The translations under genes were made by a program, and so were the position numbers. A model generated the notes under the pieces. It worked only from the letters and a program-made list of their open reading frames with translations, had not been told where the DNA came from and searched no databases. From the IMG/VR virus record IMGVR_UViG_3300014501_000012, positions 1-64,000 of that record: a DNA stretch of 64,000 nt; one strand, written 5' to 3'. This stretch comes from a virus. Shown here piece by piece: positions 25,958 to 35,705 of this stretch. The number at the start of each line of letters is the position of its first letter. The first letter of the stretch is position 1.

Positions 25958-28261
25958 GTGGGTGAGTCCTTGAAGAACCGTTTCGGTCAGATCGACGAGC
26001 AGGGTCGCATCGTCGCCCTCGTCGCCGAAGGCCTCCCGGCATGGCCGGACGACGGCAACCTGTCGGAGTTCACCGACGAGCAGCTGGCCGAGGTCGAGGC
26101 GGCTCTTCTCACCGAGAGCGCCGAGATCATGGGTGCCGGCGACGATGCCGACATCGATCGGGCGGAGCAGATCGTCGAGCGCGTGGGTGCTCTTCGCACC
26201 GAAGCCGCGACCCGGATGGCCGCGGCCGACGAGCCCGAAACCAGCCCTGAGCTGGAGGAACTGGCGGCCCTGAGCGACGAGGACCGTGCGGCCGTCGTCC
26301 AGTACGCAGCCGACGTGGCCGCCATCCCACCGCCCGCCGACGAGGACGCCGCCCTCGCCCGCCGGCGCGACGCCCTCGCCCGCCTGGGCGACCTGACCCC
26401 GCCCCCGGCGCCGGAACTCCAGGGCCTGAGCCACGAGGCCGCCGCCTCCTACGCCGAGGCAACCGCCGCTGGCATGGCCCGTGGGTTTGCCCCCGTGGTC
26501 GAGGCCCTGACCACGGCCGCGACCGCCCTGGCCACGGCCAACACCCCGCCCGCCCCCGGAACGACCATCACCGCCCGCGAGCTGGGGCGCTACCGTCCCT
26601 CGCAGTTCGCTCCGGCCGCCGGGACCCCCGAGGCCCCGCGTCCCCGCGGCCATCTCGTCCACCGAGGAGATGTCGCCGGGATGGCCATGGGCGCTGAGTT
26701 CACCTCGATGCGCCAACTGGTCGACGCCTTCGTCACCCGCCACCGGACCATCGGCCAGTCGGCGGCCGAGGACGAGCAAGTCCTGATCGCCTCCTACCAG
26801 CAGGACGACCCTCCGCCCGAGCGCGACCTCCGCCACATGAGCGACAGCCGCGAGGTGCGCCAGATGATCGACCGGGTGGTGGGACCCGATGCCATGGGCC
26901 GCGACCCGTGGAACCTCAGCCGGGAGGTCCCGATCAGCCGGGGCGGCATCGCCGTGACCGACTCAGAGGCCCTGGTGGCCTCCGGGGGCCTGGCCGCGCC
27001 GGTCGAGCCGTACTACCCCCAGCTGGTCCTCGCTGTCTCGGACCGCCCGGGGCTCGGATCGATGCCCGGGTTCATCACCGAGCGCGGAGGCATCCGGCTG
27101 GTGCTCCCGCCCAACCTCAACACGCTGGCGAACGCCGTCGCGCCGGGGACGTTCGCCGACGGCGTGGCCGCGACCTCGACTGCCTGGACCTCGGCCACCG
27201 CTGAATTCACCGACGCCGACGTTGGGCAGCCGATCATCGGCACCGACATCCCCGCCGGGACGATCATCAACTCGGTGACCAACGGCACGACCCTCGTGCT
27301 GTCGGCGGCCACCACCGCCTCGGCCACCGGCCTGACGTTCTACCTGCCCTCGCGCAACCCGACCAACCTCGGAGGCCCCGTGGGGAAGGTCACCGCGGCC
27401 CAGGACGCGGCCGGACCGCCGAACTCGGTCAAGTTCACCTACGACGTCGCGAACGGGACGCAGGTCGAGCACGACGTGTACTCGGTCTACACGTCCCTCC
27501 AGTTCGGCAACCTGACGGCGCGGACGTTCCCCGAGCAGGTCGAGGCGAACATCCGCCTCGCCAACGCCCTGGCCGCCCGCGTCGCCGAGACGGCGATGCT
27601 GGACTACATCACCGGCTGGTCGACCCTGATCACGGCGGCCAAGACCTTCGGCACCGCCCGCCAACTGCTCGCCCAGTTCGAGCACATGGCGGCGATGTAC
27701 CGGAACAACAACCGGATGGACCCCGCCGCCGTGCTGCGTTTGGGCATCCCGGCCTGGGCGCTCAACGCCATGCGTTCGGACTACATCTCGTCCTTCATCG
27801 GGGGAGCGGAGAACTGGGGACTGTCGGACGAGGAGCTGAACTCCTGGTTCGCCGACCGCAACATCCTCCCGTTCTTCTACCTGGACGGGCCGTCGGACAT
27901 CTCCCAGCTCTTCCCGGTCATCGGGTCGGGCGCGATCAACACCGGGGGGACGAATACCGCCACCCCGGTCGCGCTGCCGGACTACCCGGGACAGGGAGCG
28001 ACGACCTCGTTCCGGACCAAGGTCGTCTCGTTCATGTGGGCCGAGGGGACGTGGCTCGGGTTGACGACGGGCGAGCTCAACATCGGGCTCGTGCGGGACT
28101 CGATCTTGAACTCGAGTAACAGATTCCGTAACTTCGAGGAAGTATGGGAATCGCCTGCGTTCGTCGGGCTCCAGTCCCTCCGCTGCGTTCACACCGTCGC
28201 CGCCGACGGCACCTACGGTGCGGCCGTGTCGATCACGCTCGGTGTCGGGTCCGGCCTGTAA
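25958..28261 (+). CDS. Major capsid (hexamer) protein with N-terminal scaffold domain
   Basis: Acidic helical N-terminus; LVASGGLAAP, RGGI and IGLVRDS.LNS.N motifs of cluster-B-like MCPs; GGAGG SD before GTG 25958. Confidence 0.85.
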   Translation: MGESLKNRFGQIDEQGRIVALVAEGLPAWPDDGNLSEFTDEQLAEVEAALLTESAEIMGAGDDADIDRAEQIVERVGALRTEAATRMAAADEPETSPELEELAALSDEDRAAVVQYAADVAAIPPPADEDAALARRRDALARLGDLTPPPAPELQGLSHEAAASYAEATAAGMARGFAPVVEALTTAATALATANTPPAPGTTITARELGRYRPSQFAPAAGTPEAPRPRGHLVHRGDVAGMAMGAEFTSMRQLVDAFVTRHRTIGQSAAEDEQVLIASYQQDDPPPERDLRHMSDSREVRQMIDRVVGPDAMGRDPWNLSREVPISRGGIAVTDSEALVASGGLAAPVEPYYPQLVLAVSDRPGLGSMPGFITERGGIRLVLPPNLNTLANAVAPGTFADGVAATSTAWTSATAEFTDADVGQPIIGTDIPAGTIINSVTNGTTLVLSAATTASATGLTFYLPSRNPTNLGGPVGKVTAAQDAAGPPNSVKFTYDVANGTQVEHDVYSVYTSLQFGNLTARTFPEQVEANIRLANALAARVAETAMLDYITGWSTLITAAKTFGTARQLLAQFEHMAAMYRNNNRMDPAAVLRLGIPAWALNAMRSDYISSFIGGAENWGLSDEELNSWFADRNILPFFYLDGPSDISQLFPVIGSGAINTGGTNTATPVALPDYPGQGATTSFRTKVVSFMWAEGTWLGLTTGELNIGLVRDSILNSSNRFRNFEEVWESPAFVGLQSLRCVHTVAADGTYGAAVSITLGVGSGL

Positions 28262-28324
28262 GCCCTCCCCTCTCGGGGCAGAGGCCCAAGCAACCACGAG
28301 AAGACGAGGGGAGGTGATGACCAG

Positions 28325-29725
28325 ATGGCAGTCCAGGAGTTCTCAGCCGTAACAGGGCTCGACTTCACCCTGGAGACTCCGGTCCCGCTGGTCTCACCGC
28401 CCCTCTCGCTCCTTGGCGAGGCCCGGTCGCTGATCGACCTGGCGGGGATGTACGCCCGCCGGCAGGCGGCGTTGGAGAAGATCCAGTCCGGGGCCGAGCA
28501 ACTCGAGGCCTACGACCGCGACGGGGTCGTGGGCGACGACGACCAGCCGGGCGAGGCAGACAGCCTCGAGGACACGGTCAAGGCGCTCGAGCAGCAGATG
28601 TCCGAGTGGACGCGTGAGTTCGAGACCTGGGACGACGGCATCGCCCGGATGCAGGGCTGGGAGCAGGCGATCCAGTACCTCCCCGAGCTGGGCAACGCCG
28701 AGTCGATGTCGGTCTTCGCCCCGGGCACGGTCCCGCCCGTCGGCTCTGCGCTGGCATCGGGTGCGACGAAGCAGACCGGGTCCAACCAGGAGCCGTTCTA
28801 CTGGTACGACCCGTTCGTCGCGGTAGGCCGCGACAGCCGGTCGCTTTTCGGGTGGCCGAACACCGACTTCGCCTCGCGGCTCCAGCGGTGCCAGCGCGCC
28901 CTCCTCGCCCACGAGTCGTGGCAGGCCGAGTACGAGTTCTGGACGGGCACACAGGTCCCGACGAACTACCACCTCTCGGCGAGCCCGAGCACGGCCGTGG
29001 TCAGTCCCCACCGGACGATCGATGCCTGGCCGAACCCCCTCGCCCCGCCCGGGACGACGCTCGGAACCCCCGAGAGCCTGAGCGACTCGCTCGCCGCCCT
29101 CGACCAGTCGATCGCCAACGCCGACGCCGGCACGGGGATGATCCACGCCTCGTGCTACCTCGTCCAGAAGTGGGCGCAGGTCTACCCGTACCTCCGGGAC
29201 CCGTCGGGGAACATCCGGACGGTGAACAACAACCTGATCGTCCCCGGCTACGGCTACCCCGGGACCGGGCCGGACCAGGCGAGCCGGTCGGTGACCGACG
29301 TGGTCACGACGGACGGAAGCCCCGACATCACCTCGGCCTCGGCCGCCTTCACGGACCTCGACATCGGCCGCCCGATCAACGAGACCGACGCCGGGGGTCA
29401 CATCCCGGCCGGCGCGGTGATCCTCACGGTGACGAGCCCCACCGCCGCCGTCCTGAGCGTCCCGGCCACGGGAGCGGCCACGGGGATCGATGCGACGCTT
29501 CCGGGGGTCGGGGGCAACGCGACGGGGTCGGTCGTCCAGTGGGCCTACGCGACGGAGATGGTTTTCCACCTCCAGGGCGACATCGTCTCGTACCCGTCCG
29601 ACCTCCGCGAGATCTCGCCGGCCTTGTACCACAACTCGGCCGACATCCGCGTCGAGCGGTCCCACGCTCTGCTCACCAACCGGCTCCTCCGGGCAGCCGT
29701 CGCCGTCGACACGTCCACCACGTAA
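28325..29725 (+). CDS. Major capsid pentamer protein
   Basis: Follows the MCP; E..FWTG, GMIHA, T..NN..V.G.GY.GTGP and WAYAT motifs. Confidence 0.7.
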   Translation: MAVQEFSAVTGLDFTLETPVPLVSPPLSLLGEARSLIDLAGMYARRQAALEKIQSGAEQLEAYDRDGVVGDDDQPGEADSLEDTVKALEQQMSEWTREFETWDDGIARMQGWEQAIQYLPELGNAESMSVFAPGTVPPVGSALASGATKQTGSNQEPFYWYDPFVAVGRDSRSLFGWPNTDFASRLQRCQRALLAHESWQAEYEFWTGTQVPTNYHLSASPSTAVVSPHRTIDAWPNPLAPPGTTLGTPESLSDSLAALDQSIANADAGTGMIHASCYLVQKWAQVYPYLRDPSGNIRTVNNNLIVPGYGYPGTGPDQASRSVTDVVTTDGSPDITSASAAFTDLDIGRPINETDAGGHIPAGAVILTVTSPTAAVLSVPATGAATGIDATLPGVGGNATGSVVQWAYATEMVFHLQGDIVSYPSDLREISPALYHNSADIRVERSHALLTNRLLRAAVAVDTSTT

Positions 29726-29737
29726 GGAGAAGCAACC

Positions 29738-30898
29738 ATGGCCACAAATGGTCCAGTGCAAATCCAAGGCTGCGCATACCGGTTCGCCCGGCTCGCGGCC
29801 GACGGCTCGATCGTCAGCTCCTCGTCGGCGATGATCCAAGACGACCGCCCGCTGGTGAAGATCGACATGAAGCCCGAGCTCGAAGAGGGCGTCGAGATCA
29901 CCCCCAAGTCGGCGTGTGGCGTCCCGGTGATCTCGTACAAGGACTGCAACCGGTACAAGCGGTGGACGATCGGCGTGACCCTCGGCGACTGGGACCCCGA
30001 GCAGTTGGAGCTCGTCGGGCAGGGCGCCGTCATCACCGCGCCGGGATCGTCCGGGCGCGCCTTTGCCGACGGCGTGGTGACGATCAACGACGCCATCGTG
30101 ACCTCCGCCGCCGACGCGGCGTTCACGGCGGACGACGTCGGGCGCCCGATCACCGACGCCGGGTTCACCGTGGCCTCGTGCACCACGGCCAGCACCTCGG
30201 CCGACGTCACGACCACGGGGACGTTCGACACTGACGGGGTCTCGGCGGGCATGACCGTGACCGGGACGGGGATCGCCACCGGGACCTTCGTCCTGAGCGC
30301 GAACTCCCAGACCGACCTCACGCTCAGCCAGCCGGCGACGGCCAGCGGCACGGTCACCCTGACCTTCTTCATCCTCCCCGCCGGGAACTACATCGCCGAG
30401 GTCTTCTCGGCGACCGAGGCCCGGATGAACTTCATCGCTCTCAAGACCGGGGCGGCCCTGACGCTCACCCTCGGATCGCAGGCGGTGTCCACGATCGGGT
30501 ACCAGTACCCGCGGCTGCTCGCCGTCGAGTGCCCGTTCGGGATCTCGATCGAGGTCTGGTCGAAGCTGATCGTGCGCGGCACCGGCTACCAGGGCACCAC
30601 GCCCTACCCCTCGGCCGGCACGGCGGAGATCCCCGGATCGGCCTACGTGCGGACCGGCATCTTCCGCGCCTTCCTCTGGCACGGAGCGCGCACGATCGAG
30701 AACAAGGAAGCCGGCCCGATGTTCGAGGGCTGGGCGATCGAGAACCCGAACTTCGGCACGGGTCCGGCCGACGACTGGCGCGTCACCGCTCTGCCGGCTG
30801 ATGGCGAGCCGGTCCCGACGATCGCCTGGTGCAACGAGATGGCGGACTTCGAGCTGCCCACTCCGCTCCAGCCCGGGTACCAGACTCTTCCGATCTGA
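29738..30898 (+). CDS. Major tail (tube) protein
   Basis: G...R.ARL.ADG, E.E.G.EI..K.ACG, DPE.LEL, IEVWS and N..FG.GP motifs. Confidence 0.75.
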   Translation: MATNGPVQIQGCAYRFARLAADGSIVSSSSAMIQDDRPLVKIDMKPELEEGVEITPKSACGVPVISYKDCNRYKRWTIGVTLGDWDPEQLELVGQGAVITAPGSSGRAFADGVVTINDAIVTSAADAAFTADDVGRPITDAGFTVASCTTASTSADVTTTGTFDTDGVSAGMTVTGTGIATGTFVLSANSQTDLTLSQPATASGTVTLTFFILPAGNYIAEVFSATEARMNFIALKTGAALTLTLGSQAVSTIGYQYPRLLAVECPFGISIEVWSKLIVRGTGYQGTTPYPSAGTAEIPGSAYVRTGIFRAFLWHGARTIENKEAGPMFEGWAIENPNFGTGPADDWRVTALPADGEPVPTIAWCNEMADFELPTPLQPGYQTLPI

Positions 30899-30927
30899 TT
30901 CCCACCAACTGATCCCGAGGAGGATCC

Positions 30928-31878
30928 ATGCCCGATTTCGCGAACCCACCCCTCTGGGCGTCCCAGCCGGTACCCGGACAGGTCCCGGTCTACGCCCCTG
31001 ATGCTCTCGTCCCGACGAGTCCCGGGGTCTACGGCGACGGCTCGGACGGTGTCGTCACGTTCGACGGGACCACGACCATTCTCGGGCTCGTACCGTCGAG
31101 CGAGGTCTACACGTTGACCCGCGACCTCTATCTGGCGGGATGCACGATCAACGCCGGGGTGACGATCATCACCGCGGGGTTCCGGATCCTCTGCAACGGC
31201 CCGGTGGTTCACAACGGCGCGATCGAGTGGAACGGGAACGCCGGGGCGCTCGGCACGGGATCTGCTGGAACCGCGGGAGCGGCTCTCACCGCTGCGATCG
31301 TCGGCGGTGCGACCGCGGGTGGCGCGGGCTCAGCGACCAACGGTGCCAACGGCGCTGCGGGGCCCGCCAGTTCGTTCGGTGGCAACGGTGGGTCGGCCGG
31401 CATCGGCAGCGGTGGCACGGCCGGGGTCCACGCCTCGGTGACTGCCATGACCGCGGCGCACGGCTCGATTCGCTCGCTCCCCAACGCCCTGCTTGCGGTC
31501 GGCCAGGCCGGGGGAACGATCTCCCAGGCGACTGGCGGCGCTGGTGGCGGTGGAGGCGGCGGTGACGCCACGAACTTCGGAGGGGGCGGAGGTGGTGGCG
31601 GCGGTGTCGTCGTCCTGATCGCTCTGAGCATCTCGGGGACCGGGACGATCTCGGCGAACGGGGGCAAGGGCGGAGGCGGCGCGACGGCCGGGAACTGTGG
31701 AGGCGGCGGTGGAGGAGGCGGCGGCCTCGTGGTCGTGGTCTCGGGAACCGTCTCGGGCGCGACCGTCGACGGGCTGACCGTCACCGCGACCGGTGGTGCC
31801 GGCGGGGCGCTCTCGGGCACGGGCTCGGCAGCCGGTTCGGCCGGGGCAGCCGGCACGGTTCTCCTCCTCGCCGCGTAA
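30928..31878 (+). CDS. Glycine-rich virion protein
   Basis: YGDGSDG N-terminus; poly-Gly GGGGGGG-VV tracts. Confidence 0.65.
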   Translation: MPDFANPPLWASQPVPGQVPVYAPDALVPTSPGVYGDGSDGVVTFDGTTTILGLVPSSEVYTLTRDLYLAGCTINAGVTIITAGFRILCNGPVVHNGAIEWNGNAGALGTGSAGTAGAALTAAIVGGATAGGAGSATNGANGAAGPASSFGGNGGSAGIGSGGTAGVHASVTAMTAAHGSIRSLPNALLAVGQAGGTISQATGGAGGGGGGGDATNFGGGGGGGGGVVVLIALSISGTGTISANGGKGGGGATAGNCGGGGGGGGGLVVVVSGTVSGATVDGLTVTATGGAGGALSGTGSAAGSAGAAGTVLLLAA

Positions 31879-31918
31879 TCACCCGCCGAAGTTCGGCACC
31901 ACATAGGATCGAGAACCA

Positions 31919-32557
31919 GTGGGACTCACCGATTCGGTACTCGAGGACCTGTCCGCAGCCGTCACCCGGGACAGCCCGTTCTCGAATCCCGCCATGTGGA
32001 TGGCCCTGTTCAACCAGGACCCGGGGCCCGGGGCGGGACTCGTGGGCGAGATCACGAACGGCACGGGGGTCGAGGCGCGCCAGCTCGTCACGTTCTCCGG
32101 ATCCGACGGGACGGACTCGAGCACCGCGGCCGATACCTTCACCGTGCCGAGCGGGAGCACCGTGACCTGGATCGGGTTCTTCGACCTCCAAACGGGAGGG
32201 GCTTTCCTCGGGGGCTTTCCTCTTGTCGGCGCTCAGCAATTGGCGATCGGGATCTCGGGCGCGGCCACGATCTACGCGCCGGGCCACGGTCGGTCGATAG
32301 GAGATCCCGTCAGGTGCTTCACCGTGCCCGGCATCACCTCGTCGATCCCCGGCGGCCTGGCAGCCGACACCGTCTACTTCGTCCAGTCCGTCACCGCCAA
32401 CACCCTCACGCTCTCGGCGACCGACGTCGGCGCGGCGATCGACCTGATCTCGTCCGGGGCGTTCAGCTTCGCCCTCGACGACAGCCAGACCTTCGCGCTC
32501 ACGGGCAACTTGGTCTTCCCCGCCACCTCGGGCGTCGTGTACGAGACGGCGTCGTGA
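31919..32557 (+). CDS. Minor tail/structural protein
   Basis: ALFNQDPG..G..EI, V.WIGFFD..TGG.FL; inserted HG.SIGD.V...GL...TVYFV domain. Confidence 0.6.
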   Translation: MGLTDSVLEDLSAAVTRDSPFSNPAMWMALFNQDPGPGAGLVGEITNGTGVEARQLVTFSGSDGTDSSTAADTFTVPSGSTVTWIGFFDLQTGGAFLGGFPLVGAQQLAIGISGAATIYAPGHGRSIGDPVRCFTVPGITSSIPGGLAADTVYFVQSVTANTLTLSATDVGAAIDLISSGAFSFALDDSQTFALTGNLVFPATSGVVYETAS

Positions 32558-33426
32558 CGGTGGCCCTGCCGGCGACCGCCGGCCAAGCCCAGTCGGTCCA
32601 CATCCTCAACCCCTGGTGCGAGGAGGACGACCTCCCGGCCGGCCGGCTCCGCAACGTCACCGACGTCGACCGCCAGACGATGATCCTCGCCGCCACCGAG
32701 ACCCTCTACCGCTTGAGCGGTCGCCAGTACCGGTCGGGCCGCTCGATCATCCGCCCGACCCCGATCGGCGGGGCCTACGGGAACCAGAGCTACCTCTACC
32801 CCTACTCGTCGATGTCGGGTTACGGCGCGGCGTGGGGATTCGCCGCTGGGTGGGCGTGGTCGGCGGTGGGCATGGGGTGGTGGCAGAACGGACAGGACCT
32901 CTCCGAGGTCGTCCTGCAGGGTCCGGTCCAGCGGATCAACGACGTGATGGTGAACGGGACGAGCCTCGGCCCCTGGCCACCGGCCAACTCGAACTACACG
33001 CTTTATGACGGACGGCGGCTGATTCGCAACACCGACGGGGCCGGTCAGAACGTCGGCGCGTGGCCGTGGAACCAGCAGCTACAACTCCCGCTCACCGAGC
33101 CCGGAACCTGGGGGATCGACTACGACTGGGGCCAGTCGCCCGGCGCGATGGGCAAGGCCGCGTGCATCGCGTTGGCGACCGAGTTCATCCTCGCGCTGAC
33201 CGGGACCTCGAACGTCCTCCCCCAGCGCGTGGTCTCGGTCGCGTCGCAGGGCGAGACGATCCTGGTCGGTGATCCGCTCGCGTACATACGGGAGGATCTG
33301 ACGGGCGTCCCGATGGTCGACATTTTTCTCAACAGTGTGAACCCCTTTAAATTGCGGCGCAGGGCAGCTTTTCTCAGTCCCAATTCTGTGCAAGGGCGCG
33401 AGCAGACCGGGTTCCCCACGCCGTGA
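32554..33426 (+). CDS. Head-to-tail adaptor
   Basis: AATE.LY.LSGRQY, A...LA.E, LP.RV.SV..QG and TG.P.VD.FL..VNP motifs. Confidence 0.75.
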   Translation: MTVALPATAGQAQSVHILNPWCEEDDLPAGRLRNVTDVDRQTMILAATETLYRLSGRQYRSGRSIIRPTPIGGAYGNQSYLYPYSSMSGYGAAWGFAAGWAWSAVGMGWWQNGQDLSEVVLQGPVQRINDVMVNGTSLGPWPPANSNYTLYDGRRLIRNTDGAGQNVGAWPWNQQLQLPLTEPGTWGIDYDWGQSPGAMGKAACIALATEFILALTGTSNVLPQRVVSVASQGETILVGDPLAYIREDLTGVPMVDIFLNSVNPFKLRRRAAFLSPNSVQGREQTGFPTP

Positions 33427-33773
33427 GCGAACCCATCACCAAGGGCCGGCGACTCCAGCCGATCGTGGAGGTCGACGGGAAGCGGCACCTTCCCGAGCTC
33501 GAGCACCCGGGCGACTACTGCGGCCCCATCACGGGCTACAACGGCCCGGGGCAAGAGGCCTGCTTCTTCCTCAAGCCGAACGCCCGCGACGCCGACGCCC
33601 CGGCCCGGGCACGCTCAGTGCAGCACGTCCTATTCCCACCGCACACCTACCGGGAGTGCCCTGACGGAAGCCTCGAGATCCGCAACAGCATCGGCGACAC
33701 AGCCGGCGACGACAAGACGAGCGACGGCTGGCACGGCTACCTCGACGAGGGTCACGTCTGGCGGCAGGTGTGA
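33423..33773 (+). CDS. DUF6527-like small metal-binding protein
   Basis: DGSL.I..SI...WHGYL..G.W motif. Confidence 0.5.
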   Translation: MSEPITKGRRLQPIVEVDGKRHLPELEHPGDYCGPITGYNGPGQEACFFLKPNARDADAPARARSVQHVLFPPHTYRECPDGSLEIRNSIGDTAGDDKTSDGWHGYLDEGHVWRQV

Positions 33774-34117
33774 GCACCCAGCTACTCGTCGTAGAGCCGT
33801 TCCCCCCCAAACCCCGGGAACCCGGGATGATGTGGCGATACCCGCCGGGCGACATCGACGGGCGCGAGTGCTGGTGGATCGAACTGCCCCCCGACTCACG
33901 CATCGGGACGCCGGGGCATCCGGGGAACCTCTCGTGGCGAACGACCGACCGGGCCTCGGAGCCCCCGCACGAGATGTGGGACGTATCAGGCACTCCGCCG
34001 CTCTTGACGGTCACGCCCTCGATCGACGTGGAGTGCTGGGTGATCCGCGGCGGCAAGACCGTCCGTGACGGGTCGTACTGGCACGGACACATCACCAATG
34101 GAGTGTTCACGCCGTGA
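33770..34117 (+). CDS. DUF6527-like small metal-binding protein
   Basis: W.VSG.PP.LTVTPSI...WHGHITNG motif. Confidence 0.6.
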   Translation: MSTQLLVVEPFPPKPREPGMMWRYPPGDIDGRECWWIELPPDSRIGTPGHPGNLSWRTTDRASEPPHEMWDVSGTPPLLTVTPSIDVECWVIRGGKTVRDGSYWHGHITNGVFTP

Positions 34118-34362
34118 CGTGGGACGACACCGCCCGCCACCCCGATCCGCCGTACTGGTATCGGGCCGTTTACCGACGCCTGACCGGGTGGAACTGGACG
34201 AACCTCGTCACCCAGGTTGACGGGGACCAGCGCACCTGGCTGAATCCGGCGCAGCAGCCGATCCGAACGCTGCTTGCTGACTGGGCGCGCAACCGCATTT
34301 TCCGACGCTACCTGCGGCACTTGGGGCGCACGGTGAGTCAGATCATCGGTCAAAAGGGATGA
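34114..34362 (+). CDS. Hypothetical protein
   Basis: GTGA overlap; Trp/Arg-rich. Confidence 0.45.
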   Translation: MTWDDTARHPDPPYWYRAVYRRLTGWNWTNLVTQVDGDQRTWLNPAQQPIRTLLADWARNRIFRRYLRHLGRTVSQIIGQKG

Positions 34363-34366
34363 CTCC

Positions 34367-34948
34367 ATGACCGACCTCACCGGCACGATCACGTTCCCAC
34401 CGGGCCAGTGGATCCCGAACGTCGACCAGGTCACCTCGAGCGCGGCGACGCTGCTGGCGATCGCCGGGAAGGTTCTCGACTCCTACGGCCTGGGGGATCC
34501 CTACGAGCGGCGTGTGTTCCTCCACGGGGCGGAGAGCCGGTGGAACGTCACCGACCCACCCCAGTCCCAGTTGATCGTCCGCCTGGAGAAGATGCACTTC
34601 GGGAAGGCCGGCCAGGAGCAGTACCAGTTCGAGGACGGGATGATGGGGAAGTACGCCCAGCGCGTGATCGTCTACCAGGTCGAGGTCGTCAATCCCTGGC
34701 CGCAGTTCCAGGGGAACATTGCCGTGGCTCCCCCCGACGGGGACGCCCTCGAGTTCGCCGCCCAGGGGCTCTGGCGCGACGGGCTGATCGTCTGGTCGGC
34801 ACTCGCCGCGACCTCACTCGGCGGGGTCAAGGTCAACCCCCCGGTCGGACCGATCGCCCAGGACAAGATCCTCGTCGGGCCGATGACGCCGGTCGGTCCG
34901 TCAGGCCCGCTCGCCGGGCTCTCCACCGAGGTCCGGGTCGCCTTTTGA
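34367..34948 (+). CDS. Probable tail terminator/completion protein
   Basis: Position in the joining module; C-terminal P.GPSG.LAG....V.V motif. Confidence 0.6.
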   Translation: MTDLTGTITFPPGQWIPNVDQVTSSAATLLAIAGKVLDSYGLGDPYERRVFLHGAESRWNVTDPPQSQLIVRLEKMHFGKAGQEQYQFEDGMMGKYAQRVIVYQVEVVNPWPQFQGNIAVAPPDGDALEFAAQGLWRDGLIVWSALAATSLGGVKVNPPVGPIAQDKILVGPMTPVGPSGPLAGLSTEVRVAF

Positions 34949-35425
34949 GGTCGGGGCGAGAGCGCCTTCCCGGCGCGCTCTGGCCACCCACTTATCCGCG
35001 CCCGACCGGCTGATCTTCCACCGCTCCGCGATCGCTACCACCGGGGCCCGTCCCTCTTCGACCGCCTGGCGGTAGCACCCGGCCACCCGCTGCCAGTGGT
35101 GGGGCCCGTACGTCCGGGGCCTCCCTCGTCTGCCTGTTCCGGCCAGATCGACCCCAGATCTCTCCTGGGCCAGGTAGCGGTCCACCAGGTCCCCGATGGT
35201 GACGCTCCCGACGTCTGAGGCCCGGAGCGCCGTAGGGGGCCAAGGAGCGGCCTCTCCGAGGACATCTGCGGCGGGCCCCGGATCGGTCCGAGCCTGGAAC
35301 GGGGGCTCGGTGAAGATCTCGAGCCCGACGATGGCGGAGACGCCTGCCCGCCCGGCCACGTGGACGCCCACCCAGAGCGGCCCGTCGTCGGGATCGGGCC
35401 ACCGGGTCCAGAATGAATCTCGCAT
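34901..35425 (-). CDS. DUF6214-like HTH DNA-binding protein (leaderless)
   Basis: RRGRP...HW.RVA..YR.A...G.APV.AIAE.W.ISRS.A.KWV..AR..G.L; TAGGGT-7nt-ATG with operator A. Confidence 0.7.
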   Translation of the reverse strand: MRDSFWTRWPDPDDGPLWVGVHVAGRAGVSAIVGLEIFTEPPFQARTDPGPAADVLGEAAPWPPTALRASDVGSVTIGDLVDRYLAQERSGVDLAGTGRRGRPRTYGPHHWQRVAGCYRQAVEEGRAPVVAIAERWKISRSGADKWVARARREGALAPTSKGDPDLGGEPGERA

Positions 35426-35454
35426 CGGGTCTACCCTACGCCCAATATAGGGGA

Positions 35455-35490
35455 GGACCCCGGAGCCCGTTTCGGGAAGTCCGGGGGTCC
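35455..35490. repeat. Inverted repeat/hairpin
   Basis: GGACCCCGGA...TCCGGGGGTCC with inner CCCG-TTT-CGGG. Confidence 0.5.
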
Positions 35491-35501
35491 ATGCTGGTCC
35501 G

Positions 35502-35705
35502 GTGAGTCCTCCAGCTTCGGGAAGCGTCCGGGTTTTCGCCCAGTGCGGCGTCGGCCCGCTGCGTCCCCTCCGGTGGGGGGACATCCCATCGAACCACCCA
35601 CAGCTCGAGGGCTGGCTCGTCGGGGGGCTCGTGACGCTCAAGGGGCTGCGCGGAGAGGGACCGCCCGACCACCTTCGGGCCGGCTGCTGCGGGAGCAACC
35701 GGTGA
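35502..35705 (+). CDS. Small hypothetical virion protein
   Basis: GTGA overlap with the next gene; VRVFAQ...EGWLVGGLV pattern. Confidence 0.4.
   Translation: MSPPASGSVRVFAQCGVGPLRPLRWGDIPSNHPQLEGWLVGGLVTLKGLRGEGPPDHLRAGCCGSNR

Noticed and set aside
16352-30949. Long minus-strand ORFs (e.g. 16352-18700, 26963-28297, 28394-30949)
   Set aside because: Antisense shadows of GC3-rich plus-strand genes; no motifs or SDs
31530-31730. GGC/GGT-rich tandem-like DNA
   Set aside because: Simply encodes poly-Gly tracts of a structural protein
35447-35700. Hairpin-rich region as an ncRNA
   Set aside because: Most of it is explained by a coupled 67-aa ORF; only the 35455-35490 hairpin is retained
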